A stretch of DNA of 64,000 bases from a virus, in IMG/VR virus record IMGVR_UViG_3300047472_000449. One strand, 5' to 3'. This document shows, piece by piece, positions 9,329-18,753 of the stretch. Positions within the stretch are counted from its first letter, which is position 1, and every line of letters begins with the position of its first letter. Position numbers and translations under genes: made by a program. Under the pieces are notes generated by a model. That model saw only the letters and a program-made list of their open reading frames with translations, had not been told where the DNA came from and made no database searches.

Positions 9329-9403
9329 TCCTCACGCGGCAAGGAGACAATAATATCTATATATTAAATATTTGTCAATTACAGTTTACTTGCCATCGGT
9401 CGA

Positions 9404-10570
9404 TCAATCTTGGCCAAACAAGTCTCGGGTGAAGGTCTTGTCGATCACATCGGCAATCTCGGCGGTAGCACGATTGGCCACGATCACGTCTGCGCGGCGT
9501 TTGAAGTCAGACAGATCCGTCAGTATCGTGGCATCGCAAAAGCTGTCCCCGCTGATTGTGGGCTCGTACACGATCACCTCCACTCCTTTGGCTTGCAGTT
9601 GCTTCATGACACCTTGGACGGAGGACGCACGGATGTTGTCCGAGCCCGATTTCATCACCAGACGATAAATCCCGACAACCTTGGGGTTGAGCTTCAGAAT
9701 GGATTCGGCAATAAAATCCATGCGTGTTGTGTTGGAGTCAACAATGGCGCGAATCAGGTTGTTCGGCACGCTGGAGTAGTTGGCCAACAATTGTTTGGTG
9801 TCTTTTGGCAGGCAGTAGCCGCCGTAGCCGAACGAGGGGTTGCAGTAATGATTGCCGATGCGCGGATCGAGCCCGACGCCCTCAATGATTGCCCGCGAGT
9901 CCAAGCCATGCATGGCCGCGTAAGTATCCAGCTCATTGAAGTAGGCGATACGCATGGCCAGGAACGTATTGGAGAACAACTTGATCGCTTCAGCTTCTGT
10001 CGGAGGGGTCAATAGCACCTCCACGTCAGCTTTCAGCGCCCCTTCCAACATTAGTTTGGCAAAGGCCTGCCCCAGCGCTGTCGTGTCGCCAACGACAATC
10101 CGCGAGGGATGGAGGTTGTCGTACAGGGCTCGGCCTTCGCGCAGAAACTCGGGGCTGAAGAGGATGTTCTGGCGCTGGAAGCGCTGGCGCATCCGCTCGG
10201 TAAAGCCGACCGGCACCGTGGATTTGATCACAACGATGGCATTGGGTTGAATGGCCATGACATCGCTAATGACTGACTCGACGGTATCGGTATTGAAGAA
10301 ATTGGTGTCAGGGTCGTAATCCGTGGGCGTGGCCACAATGACAAACTCTGCGCCGTCGTAAGCATCGTACTTGTCGAGCGTAGCCCGCAGCTTCAGATCT
10401 TTGGTGTCCAGATACTCATCCAATTCTGGGTCAACCACAACAGAGCGACGTTCATTGAGCGCCTGCACCCGCTCAGGGGCGATGTCGAGTGCAACCACCT
10501 GATTGTGCTGAGCCAGAAGAACCGCATTGGACAGACCCACATACCCGGTGCCGACAACTACAATCTTCAT
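9404..10570 (-). CDS. ugd: UDP-glucose 6-dehydrogenase
   Basis: 388 aa from [16 protein letters not shown] (Rossmann GxGxxG); SPEFLREG; catalytic [14 protein letters not shown] motif. Confidence 0.95.
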   Translation of the reverse strand: MKIVVVGTGYVGLSNAVLLAQHNQVVALDIAPERVQALNERRSVVVDPELDEYLDTKDLKLRATLDKYDAYDGAEFVIVATPTDYDPDTNFFNTDTVESVISDVMAIQPNAIVVIKSTVPVGFTERMRQRFQRQNILFSPEFLREGRALYDNLHPSRIVVGDTTALGQAFAKLMLEGALKADVEVLLTPPTEAEAIKLFSNTFLAMRIAYFNELDTYAAMHGLDSRAIIEGVGLDPRIGNHYCNPSFGYGGYCLPKDTKQLLANYSSVPNNLIRAIVDSNTTRMDFIAESILKLNPKVVGIYRLVMKSGSDNIRASSVQGVMKQLQAKGVEVIVYEPTISGDSFCDATILTDLSDFKRRADVIVANRATAEIADVIDKTFTRDLFGQD

Positions 10571-10600
10571 GTGAACCCCAGCTGAGTTTTGAATTGTCTG

Positions 10601-10996
10601 AAAAGACATAAGGCCGATCCCTCGAAAGAAATCGGCCTTATGTTGCAAGAAGAACACAACAGCTTCCCGCACACACCGTTCTGCTGACTTGGAGGCGGCT
10701 ATTTCAAGGATGACTCCACCCGTCCTGGCGAACGTGCTTCAAAGTCTCGCCGCTATCCTAAACACCGCATCAGCAGATTGTGTTAGGCAACTACGTCCCT
10801 CTGTGGTTGCGGCCAGTCGGCGATGACTGCGACGCGTTTTACCTCATCGGGTGGCCGAAGCTCCCGTGGAACCACAGTGGCATAGATGCCACTGGCGTTT
10901 TTTGCTCGGCTTCGAGAGTGCCTAATTCTCTCCACCGAGGCTTTTTTGAGTTTCGCCCCGCGTCGGCTTGGCGCACTCTAAGGACTCAAGGTCAGT
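10601..10996 (-). ncRNA. Candidate ~395 nt structured RNA or attenuating leader of ugd
   Basis: Promoter TTGACT-17-TATACT at 11003-11031; multiple hairpins; terminator hairpin 10606-10643 about 30 nt before the ugd ATG. Confidence 0.5.
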
Positions 10997-11064
10997 GGCC
11001 TCAGTATAATAAGACCTCTTCAATCAGTCAACAGAAAAAACATCGTGTATGGGCCAGAAACCCT

Positions 11065-11538
11065 TTAATTAATGGTAAATCCTGCTTCCGCCAACGCCGC
11101 CATGGCTTGTTCAATTTTCTGACGTTCAACAGCCTGGGCCTCGGGTTTAATTCCCAGCAGGTAGATCAGCGGGTCGCTGGTCAGGTTCTCTGGTCGAGGG
11201 TCGAAGAACGAATCGTTGCAGAACACAGCAATGTGGCGTTTGTCGAGATCAACAACGTAGCACCATGTGTGCGTGTCGGTTTCCGTATTGGGGAGTGCAT
11301 CCTTGCTCATCAAATCCCAGGCCGTATTGTCCGCACGCACCGCGTCACTGTAGCTTCTGAAGTGGAGGTACTGAAGGCTGTGGAAGTTGTGATCCAGGCC
11401 ATGTTCCTTGCCCGCACCGCCCGTGGTGATCCAGTGCGCGAGGATGCTCAGAACGTGTGTCGGATAGCCATCGCTGCGCTGGGTAGTCGAGATCACTTCG
11501 CTGTTGTTGATGATCTGAATGGATGCAGGCGTTCCCAT
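11065..11538 (-). CDS. Phage-type hypothetical protein (SDGYP motif)
   Basis: 157 aa; promoter TTGACT-17-TATACT at 11588-11616. Confidence 0.7.
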   Translation of the reverse strand: MGTPASIQIINNSEVISTTQRSDGYPTHVLSILAHWITTGGAGKEHGLDHNFHSLQYLHFRSYSDAVRADNTAWDLMSKDALPNTETDTHTWCYVVDLDKRHIAVFCNDSFFDPRPENLTSDPLIYLLGIKPEAQAVERQKIEQAMAALAEAGFTIN

Positions 11539-11625
11539 GGTTCAATCCTCTGAATTCGGCAGGGTGGAGCATGAATCGAAGGTGCTCAGTATAACGACGC
11601 CGACATAAATAGTCAATGTAATTTA

Positions 11626-12057
11626 CTATTTTTGGGCGGTTTTGGAGGCTTTTGTAGAACTCTCTTGCCATTGCAATCTGAGTTCGTCCCAGGCTTTCCG
11701 GGTGAAGCTTTCTGGCACCCTCCGTTGGGTCATGATGCACTGTAGCTGCCAGTCGGATAGGTTTTCACGCTCTTTCTTGTTCGGGTATTTGCGCTTCGAG
11801 GGATTGAGCGCGTTGTTGTAGTAATCGACGCGATCCTGAAGCGACAGTTCATGAAAATCGTCGTCGATTCCTTCGGAAAACCCTTTAAGGGCTTCGGTTT
11901 GAATCTCGTTGGGATACTGTTTAAAGATTCTAATGGCTTCACCAAACAATTTCATTCGCTCGGTAGAGCCCGCGTGCCAAGGCTCGTGTGCGGGCGCCCG
12001 GTTGAAACGCTCTAGAATAAGATCTAGCGCTTGTTGATCTGCGGCTGAAATCTGCAT
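11626..12057 (-). CDS. Hypothetical protein
   Basis: 143 aa; AAGGA RBS; promoter at 12173-12200. Confidence 0.7.
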   Translation of the reverse strand: MQISAADQQALDLILERFNRAPAHEPWHAGSTERMKLFGEAIRIFKQYPNEIQTEALKGFSEGIDDDFHELSLQDRVDYYNNALNPSKRKYPNKKERENLSDWQLQCIMTQRRVPESFTRKAWDELRLQWQESSTKASKTAQK

Positions 12058-12268
12058 GGATTTTCCTTTTTTGATCGAGCGTGTTTTTTGGGCAAGGATT
12101 TTTTGTGGTCATTCCACTCGGGGCATCCTGCCTGTTAGGCACTCAGCGGCTTTTAGACCAATAAAGAAACGTATTATATCGCCATCATGGATTTTGTCAA
12201 CATGACTGTCATTCAGCCCATAGCGTAAGGCGTCATGTGCTATAATTGATGGAAATAGAGGGATTTTC

Positions 12269-13087
12269 ATGAAGCAAATTCAAGAAGTGATTCGACTGGT
12301 ACGTGAATGCCTGGACAGTGGTTTTGCCACAACAGAGCTGGGTAAAAATTCCATGTATCAAGATTATGTTCGGTTCCATGTCGGCGACAACGCGCAGTAT
12401 GTCGCTGATGTCGCGGGTAAGGAGCCTGTAGAAATAAGCATTGCTCGACGTTTGATGCAGGGCAACCTGAATCTGGCCTTCGTTGCGCAGGATCAGTCTG
12501 TAGCGCCGCAGGTGCTTGCGATGCTCAAGGAGGTCGAAGGATTGACTCGTGAAGTCGGCTTCGACTTTGGCAAGCATGGTGCGGATCTGGCATTTGCTCA
12601 TGTCATTCCTGAGCTGTACACCAAGGAGGTTTTGGTGTTCCAGAACACCATCGTCATCACGGCAGACGATGTTACAACGTCCTATTTCGATCCTGAAAAA
12701 TTGGATAAAAAGGTGATGTTGGCGATGAATGCCGCTTATACCAACGAGGCCATGTTGGAACTGGATGCCTTGGGTGCTTATCGCCCTGTTATGAAGCTGA
12801 CAGTGCCCGATCTTTTTGACCCGGTTGACACCCTTCAGGCGATAAGACGCACTGAGTTCAGGGGTGTTGGAGAGCTGGCAGACTATGGCAAGGTGGAGTT
12901 GCTTGAGGGGATTGATCCAGCCACTGTAAAGCTAATCGGAGACTCGGCGGTATTACGCTTGGACGGCAAGGATTACCGGGCCGTTTGGGATCAAGTCCAG
13001 GTGATAGAGGGCTTCAAGGGCGAGCCTGCTGTTGAGCCTAAGCTTGAGCAGAAGCGCTCGATCACTTCGGATGGCCCTAGCTTCTGA
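12269..13087 (+). CDS. Hypothetical protein
   Basis: 272 aa; GAGGG RBS; extended -10 TGCTATAAT upstream. Confidence 0.75.
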   Translation: MKQIQEVIRLVRECLDSGFATTELGKNSMYQDYVRFHVGDNAQYVADVAGKEPVEISIARRLMQGNLNLAFVAQDQSVAPQVLAMLKEVEGLTREVGFDFGKHGADLAFAHVIPELYTKEVLVFQNTIVITADDVTTSYFDPEKLDKKVMLAMNAAYTNEAMLELDALGAYRPVMKLTVPDLFDPVDTLQAIRRTEFRGVGELADYGKVELLEGIDPATVKLIGDSAVLRLDGKDYRAVWDQVQVIEGFKGEPAVEPKLEQKRSITSDGPSF

Positions 13088-13154
13088 TCGTCTGAATTGA
13101 GGCTGGCCATTAGTCAGCCATATTGACATTTTACAGTGGTGTTGTTATCATGTT

Positions 13155-13550
13155 GTGATTGAAGCGCAGATCTCTCTCCGCAGAAAACTCCACGACACTA
13201 TCGGTAGCCTCATGAGTCTCGAACAAAAACTCAACGAAATTCAGCAGTACATGCGTTCCTCTGTCTATTTTCCTGACCAGGATATGCTGGGTGATTTGGC
13301 GCCTGATGCTCCGCAAACGCGTGTGTGCATTGTCAGAAGTCTGAATAAAACCTTGGCGGCAGTGCTGGATTGTTGCAAGGCTGGCGCCTACGACGAAAAC
13401 GATGTTTACACGCATATGACTAAAGCACTGAACGACCTGGACGACGAATATCCAGGCTGCAACATCCATAACAAGCGCCTGTACGTTCAGGTCTCGATGT
13501 TTTTCGGGGTCAATTATGACGTGGATTGGATGGACATTATGCCCGGCTAA
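13155..13550 (+). CDS. Hypothetical protein
   Basis: ORF downstream of TTGACA-17-TATCAT (13123-13151); start uncertain. Confidence 0.65.
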   Translation: MIEAQISLRRKLHDTIGSLMSLEQKLNEIQQYMRSSVYFPDQDMLGDLAPDAPQTRVCIVRSLNKTLAAVLDCCKAGAYDENDVYTHMTKALNDLDDEYPGCNIHNKRLYVQVSMFFGVNYDVDWMDIMPG

Positions 13551-13588
13551 GGTTGGCCATTCCGGGCGTTCATTTGATTGAGTACAGC

Positions 13589-13617
13589 GAAAAGTTACAC
13601 AGCTGTGTAACTTTTTT
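13589..13617. terminator. Bidirectional intrinsic terminator
   Basis: GAAAAGTTACACAGCTGTGTAACTTTTTT. Confidence 0.8.
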
Positions 13618-13630
13618 CTCGACTCGACCC

Positions 13631-14263
13631 TTACTCCATTCGCCCTTTCAGCGCCTTGGTCATCAAATGCACGGCGTAGCCGTCATCCGGGTATTGCTTC
13701 TGGTGCTCCCGGATTACTTTCTTGGCTTGCTCGTGACGACCGTAGCGCAGCAAGACTTCAACTTCTCCTGCCATCTTTTCAGTTTGCAACTCTCGAATGC
13801 GTTGCAGCATACGCACGCCATGTGGGTTATCTGGATGGCTGAGAAGAAAGACATTCACCATGCCTCTGGCAGCCGGATAATGACCGTGCAGCACGTGCAG
13901 GCTGGCTTGATGGAGGCCATCTGGAAGAGTGTCCTGTGCCCTACCCGCCGCATTCACTTTATTTAGCCTTGCCAGCAGCTCCAGGGCCTCGGTGTGATTG
14001 GGGTGTTCCAATAGATAGGCGTCGATCACCTGTCGCGCCAGATCGTCTTGTCCCATGTCCAGGTACACCTCAGCTTCCGCCAACGACGGCCCCAGCAATT
14101 CGAGGGTTTGCTCGGAATGGTCAACGTGCGTTGGACGAGATCGCGGCTGGAATAGGCGGCTGATCGAACCCAGGACTTTGGTGGGTAGTTTGAAGAGGCT
14201 GGAGAGAAAGCGCATGACATCATCCCTTCTTTGGAGCCAAAACGAAAAACCAGTTGTGCTCAT
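13631..14263 (-). CDS. TPR-like protein with FimV C-terminal-like repeat
   Basis: LAEAEVYLDMGQDDLARQVI resembles the FimV C-terminal LA.AYxDMGD..GAR motif; three HP(N/D)/YPD-capped helical repeats. Confidence 0.6.
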   Translation of the reverse strand: MSTTGFSFWLQRRDDVMRFLSSLFKLPTKVLGSISRLFQPRSRPTHVDHSEQTLELLGPSLAEAEVYLDMGQDDLARQVIDAYLLEHPNHTEALELLARLNKVNAAGRAQDTLPDGLHQASLHVLHGHYPAARGMVNVFLLSHPDNPHGVRMLQRIRELQTEKMAGEVEVLLRYGRHEQAKKVIREHQKQYPDDGYAVHLMTKALKGRME

Positions 14264-14310
14264 GCGATCATGGGCGACAACTGGCTTGCAAGGCTCTGTG
14301 GTGAATCTGA

Positions 14311-14586
14311 TTAGGCGTTGAGTGCCGACTTCAGAGTCTTGCCCACAGTGATCGTGACCGACTTTTTGGCTTCGATCTGGATCTCTGCGCCGGTTTTCGG
14401 GTTGCGACCTGTGCGAGCTGGGGAGTCCTTCGGTTTGAAGGAAACAAAGCCCTGCATTTTCACCTCATCACCATTTTTGACGGTTTCGGTGACGGTGGCC
14501 GCAAATTGCTTAAGCACTTCCTGTACGGTTTTTTGCGGAACGCCGGTTTCTTCAGCAATGGCTTTAATCAGTTCTGGCAGATGCAT
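14311..14586 (-). CDS. hup: HU family DNA-binding protein
   Basis: 91 aa; GFVSFKPKDSPARTGRNPKTGAEIQI signature. Confidence 0.92.
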   Translation of the reverse strand: MHLPELIKAIAEETGVPQKTVQEVLKQFAATVTETVKNGDEVKMQGFVSFKPKDSPARTGRNPKTGAEIQIEAKKSVTITVGKTLKSALNA

Positions 14587-14773
14587 GTTTAATTCCCTAT
14601 AAATAAAATCTATGTAACATTTAATATAGCATTAAATACTGCTGTGTCAATTGTATTTTGTCACTTTGTTGGGCTCGTTTACAATTAGTAAACAATTAGC
14701 GATTATTTGAGTTTGTTGTTCTGCGGGAAGATGTAGTGCATAAGGAGGTGATTGGCCTCCTTATGCGTCCAGA

Positions 14774-15181
14774 CTACAAGTAGTACCACCAGCACGGCTT
14801 CTTGTCCCGAAGCAGTAGCATTTCATCCCAGCGATCCCACTGCAAGGCCCGAAACATGGACTGCTTGTGGTGACAGCGAATGAATCTACGCCACTGCCAA
14901 AGGGAGTACGAGGTGATCTGATAAGGGCTGTATTCTTTGCATCCAAACCGATTCGTTCGTTTATCACTGTGATACCGGGCGGTGAACCAAGTGGCGTAGC
15001 GTTCGTAGGTCGGATGACTTCCCGTGAAGCGCGTAAACCGTTTGGCATCGTGGTACTCGTAATAAGCGAGCGGATCGAATGGGTTGCCAGCAGCCACCCT
15101 GTCCTGCATCTGAGAAAACTGATCCTCAGAGCCAAAGTAAGGGTTGGACTTCAACTTTTTGCGGCGATATGTTCTTGACAC
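14774..15181 (-). CDS. Phage-type hypothetical protein (MSRTYRR start)
   Basis: 135 aa; AGGAG RBS. Confidence 0.7.
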   Translation of the reverse strand: MSRTYRRKKLKSNPYFGSEDQFSQMQDRVAAGNPFDPLAYYEYHDAKRFTRFTGSHPTYERYATWFTARYHSDKRTNRFGCKEYSPYQITSYSLWQWRRFIRCHHKQSMFRALQWDRWDEMLLLRDKKPCWWYYL

Positions 15182-15275
15182 ATTTAGCTCCTGGTTAAGG
15201 TTGCTTAATGTGGTGCAATAGCCGCGTAGTAGTTTCGGTTCATTGATTCTTTTTTCCGTAGAAAAGTGCTTGTTA

Positions 15276-16004
15276 TTACTTCGCGCCAGTGACGTGGCGG
15301 ATGGCTCGCCACGTTTCCAGGCCGCGAGTTTTCAGTTTTTCGATTTCTTCAGGGCCAAAATGCGGCACCGGCCCATTCAGCCAGTCCATGAAAGTTCTGG
15401 TCTTGTCGCCCAGGAAAACGGTGTTCGGTTGATAAGGCAGTACTTCAAGCAGTCGGCGATACAGCGGTCTGGAGTGAGAGATAACAACGATCAGCTTGAG
15501 CTGATGATCAGGCTCAATCATTTGCTGGGCAATGTACTCACCCAGCGCACCTGCGTACTCTTCAGACAGGCCGATGTCCGGTTCGTCGAGCACCAGCACC
15601 GAGGGCGAGTCATCCTGCTTGCAGGATCTGAGGCCCATCAGGACGGCACTGACGCTATTAACCCCGGTGCTGGAGTCTGACTCATCGCCAAACACCATTG
15701 CTCGTTCGAAACCGGAAGTGGTTCGATTGGTCATCGACACGACGCGCTTACCAAAGCCGCATTTTTTAGCAGCGGTTGCAGCCACACTGGCCATAATGGA
15801 CTTGCCGCTGGCATTGATGCCAGCGATCAGCATGACGGGAATGTTGTCGCCGACCATTTGAACAGTGCGCTGAAGCGGTGGGTTGTCTTCAGGCTCATCA
15901 TCACAAAAGATCATCATGTTTTGAAGGGAATTTTGAATCTCACCGTTCAGTGTAGGCAGGTCCAATTGGGTGATCTGTTCTTTATTACTGTCGGTCATGG
16001 TCAT
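15276..16004 (-). CDS. Stand-alone ABC/AAA-type ATPase
   Basis: Walker A GINASGKS, Walker B VLVLDEPD, H-loop VISHS. Confidence 0.8.
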   Translation of the reverse strand: MTMTDSNKEQITQLDLPTLNGEIQNSLQNMMIFCDDEPEDNPPLQRTVQMVGDNIPVMLIAGINASGKSIMASVAATAAKKCGFGKRVVSMTNRTTSGFERAMVFGDESDSSTGVNSVSAVLMGLRSCKQDDSPSVLVLDEPDIGLSEEYAGALGEYIAQQMIEPDHQLKLIVVISHSRPLYRRLLEVLPYQPNTVFLGDKTRTFMDWLNGPVPHFGPEEIEKLKTRGLETWRAIRHVTGAK

Positions 16005-16107
16005 TGTCCGTAGAATATTGTGCCATTGTAGTTAACAAACCGTTCATTGTCAACCATAGTGACACGCAAATCACCTTACGCGATGCGTAAGAATTGCCCA
16101 GCGGGGG

Positions 16108-16482
16108 CTAGTTCAGTACCTTCCCCACAATCCCGATTTCCATCAGCAGACCAATAATCTGACTTTGTTCCCATGAAAGATCGGCGAACACGGTTTTGTT
16201 CTCGGAACTGACGCCCTGCTGAAGCGTCACCCCCACACCGTCTTTTTTAATGACATAACTGATACGACCGAAGCGCTCAGACCGGCTTGTGACGACGCAG
16301 GCTGGGCTGTAATCCTTGAGTCGGGCAATCCAGCCACTCGAATCAGGATGGTCCTGGCTGCGCATGAAAACGGTGACTTCAGTGTTTGTCATAGGCAAAG
16401 AGGAATTGATTTGACTCATGAACGGCTCCGCCAGGGGACAGCAGGTTTGGGCAACAGCGAAATCACTGTTGGACTTGTACAC
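16108..16482 (-). CDS. Hypothetical protein
   Basis: 124 aa ORF; start uncertain. Confidence 0.55.
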   Translation of the reverse strand: MYKSNSDFAVAQTCCPLAEPFMSQINSSLPMTNTEVTVFMRSQDHPDSSGWIARLKDYSPACVVTSRSERFGRISYVIKKDGVGVTLQQGVSSENKTVFADLSWEQSQIIGLLMEIGIVGKVLN

Positions 16483-16543
16483 TGTCGGTTGTCATCGGTA
16501 ATGAACGTAAGGCGCCCATCTGAGCGCCTAATGATTGTTGCGA

Positions 16544-16942
16544 TTACTCGACCAGAAACTCGGTCAGCGTTGCGGCGGCATGCCACTGCGCATAGGCGAG
16601 CTGTTTTTCGACAGGGGCATGTTCAACCTGCGCCCAGCCATTGTTGAAGTCGAAACGGTAATTGCCCTTGGCGCGCTCGGCCTTGAGGTCAAGCCAATCA
16701 ATCACCGCTTGGCGGCTGAAGCGCCCTTCACGCGGTATTACGCCGTCGTTGAGATCAAAGGACAGGTCTTTGGTCAGGCTCATCCAGCCGTAGTCCAGCA
16801 TCACCGGTACAGGCTTGTCCCGTACTTGGCTGGTGCCGTTGCCGGTATCGAAGCCATTTTTCTTGACCATGCTGGCAACGTAGTTGTCACAGTACGCGAT
16901 CAGAGCCTTTTTGCTGAAGCGAGCGCCGTCGAAGATAAGCAT
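16544..16942 (-). CDS. Hypothetical protein
   Basis: Start moved to MLIFDGARF because the promoter -10 lies at 16970-16975. Confidence 0.65.
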   Translation of the reverse strand: MLIFDGARFSKKALIAYCDNYVASMVKKNGFDTGNGTSQVRDKPVPVMLDYGWMSLTKDLSFDLNDGVIPREGRFSRQAVIDWLDLKAERAKGNYRFDFNNGWAQVEHAPVEKQLAYAQWHAAATLTEFLVE

Positions 16943-16969
16943 GATTTTGTCTCTCGATCTGAAGTGTCT

Positions 16970-17009
16970 ATTATAGGCAGGCGCAATCACAATGTCAATA
17001 CCAGTGACA
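16970..17009 (-). promoter_or_regulatory. Perfect sigma70 promoter with operator palindrome
   Basis: TTGACA-17-TATAAT; TGTCAAT-ACC-AGTGACA (16993-17009). Confidence 0.8.
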
Positions 17010-17136
17010 TTGCGAGACGCAGCCTTCAGGTGATATTTGCCTAGGATAAAGGCAGGCGTAAGAACTGATTTGTGAGTTCAATCAGTTCGTTTAGGAGGGC
17101 TCAGAAGGTGAACGAGAAGCCAGGGCTTTTCTTGAT

Positions 17137-17400
17137 TCAATCAAGGTGCTTTTTGCCTAAAAGGCCTGAGCCAAGCTCATTTGTAATAGGTGATGCCTCT
17201 TGTCCGGCGCACTGCGATTTGAGTGCAAACCAAATTCCGCCGAACGTCCCTACACACAGCAAGGCAATCCCTCCCACAATTAGAAGCCAGCTTATTGGAG
17301 CCACGAAGAAAAATATCACAGCAATGACACAGATGAAGGAGTACAAAAAACCTCCAACTTTTTTAGTGATAGCGGAAAATTTATTCTTTAATAATTGCAT
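17137..17400 (-). CDS. Small membrane protein
   Basis: 87 aa with two TM-like segments; GAGGA RBS. Confidence 0.65.
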   Translation of the reverse strand: MQLLKNKFSAITKKVGGFLYSFICVIAVIFFFVAPISWLLIVGGIALLCVGTFGGIWFALKSQCAGQEASPITNELGSGLLGKKHLD

Positions 17401-17811
17401 TTAGGCAATCCTCATTATTCTTGTGTAAAATCACGGCGTGGGTATCGAAACAGGAGCCCAGAAAAGAATTCTATCATTACATCTGACCTTATTAATACAG
17501 TTTTGTGATTACAATAAAATAACGCTGACCTTTATTTATCCATTACTCCATTACAAAAAAGACATCAACCGGTACTGGCTGGCTGGCTGTCTTTTGTTGT
17601 TGCCCAGCATGGGCGCAATCTTGTGGAAGAAGGCCATGCGGTACGCTGACCACGGCGAACGACGTGTAGCGCAATTACATGAGGGCGACCGAGTGGGGGG
17701 ATGCGTGAATCGAGCCTGTGATCCAATGGACAAGAACCGGATACACACCGATGCCGACCGGGGTGAGCGAGGAACAAATCGCAAGGCTCTGTATTGACGG
17801 CAAAGAGCAAT

Positions 17812-17843
17812 AAAAAAGGCCTTCACATCGCTGTGAAGGCCTT
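17812..17843 (-). terminator. tmRNA terminator
   Basis: AAAGGCCTTCACA-GCGA-TGTGAAGGCCTTTTTT (minus-strand reading). Confidence 0.8.
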
Positions 17844-17851
17844 TGTCGTTT

Positions 17852-18240
17852 TGGTGGAGCCGGGGGGATTTGAACCCCCGTCCGTCAGTACTCCGCTGTC
17901 GGTACTACATGCGTAGCCAGATCTATTAAGTTAACCCGTGGCGACCCGATTGGCAGGGTGCGTTGGGCGAGTCGTGTAATGTTTAACTGCTTCGTCCACG
18001 ACGTACTAGGCAGCGATCCTGTTCTATCTGACAATCAGTTCGGGTTTACAGGCATCCCCTAGTGACTGCTGGCACCGAAGTGACCAGAAGTGCATGTCAG
18101 CTGCAATTAAGCAGCGAGAGCAGCACCGAAGGTTTCGTCATTGGCAACTATAAAAGTCGCAACAGTGGATTTACGAGTTCTGTTACCAACTCGGCATGCA
18201 CCTAAAGTTTCGTTACCAGCGTCGAATCCTAATCGGCCCC
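17852..18240 (-). ncRNA. ssrA: tmRNA (transfer-messenger RNA), tag ANDETFGAALAA
   Basis: 5' GGGGCCGATTAGGATTCGAC; 3' GGGGGTTCAAATCCCCCCGGCTCCACCA; tag reading frame 18107-18145. Confidence 0.97.
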
Positions 18241-18250
18241 AGTGGTTGTT

Positions 18251-18279
18251 ATAATAGTCAAAGTAGATGCCTGTGTCAA
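18251..18279 (-). promoter_or_regulatory. tmRNA promoter (lacks the operator half-site)
   Basis: TTGACA (18274-18279), 17 bp, TATTAT (18251-18256). Confidence 0.75.
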
Positions 18280-18369
18280 CACTTTCTTTAACTTTTACAG
18301 CGTTTTTTGTAATCATTGAGCCGTATGCTACTTGTCACGGGCGCACTATGGGTGCCCAGGCCAGCTGGA

Positions 18370-18717
18370 TCAATCAATCTTGATTGATACTTCAGTTTGG
18401 ATCGACAGCGGCTGATAACGCAGGGCACGGAAAGTCTTTTTCGAATACCCTGCCGAGTTGCTCTTGATCCACTCGATCAACTCGGCTTCGGTGTCAAAGC
18501 CAATCACTCGTGGCTGATGATGCGTTTCCATCGTTGGTTTTGGGTCTGGCGGGCCGTAATCGTCGCCCATGGCGCTGTAAGAGTCGTCATGAATGACAAT
18601 GAATTGAGTCGTTTCCGGAAGCTCCGAAAGACGACAGATCGTCCGGCCACTGCGTTTGCTATTAAACATTCTGTTTTCCTTTTTTGATCGGCGTTCCTGA
18701 ATTACTTGGCTGCGCAT
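18370..18717 (-). CDS. Hypothetical protein
   Basis: 115 aa ORF. Confidence 0.65.
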   Translation of the reverse strand: MRSQVIQERRSKKENRMFNSKRSGRTICRLSELPETTQFIVIHDDSYSAMGDDYGPPDPKPTMETHHQPRVIGFDTEAELIEWIKSNSAGYSKKTFRALRYQPLSIQTEVSIKID

Positions 18718-18753
18718 GGACGTTAAAAGCGTACATGCGCAGCTGGAGTGGAG

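Noticed and set aside
12060-12165. Leader with three A6 tracts as a Crc/Hfq CA-motif RNA
   Set aside because: The tracts do not match AAnAAnAA well; no further evidence.
14677-14693. GTTTAC-AATTA-GTAAAC palindrome upstream of HU
   Set aside because: Single occurrence in an AT-rich region and opposite polarity to the main operator; insufficient support.
17438-17826. ORFs upstream of the tmRNA terminator, and a possible frameshift at the G6 run (17695-17700)
   Set aside because: No convincing RBS; the alternative frame has an in-frame stop right before the protein-like stretch; left uncalled.
18107-18316. 69 aa ORF ending ANDETFGAALAA
   Set aside because: It is the tmRNA tag frame extended upstream by chance, not a protein gene.
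18320-18360. GAGCCGTATGC resembling group II intron domain V
   Set aside because: The complementary 3' arm and domain VI are absent, and there is no RT/maturase ORF.
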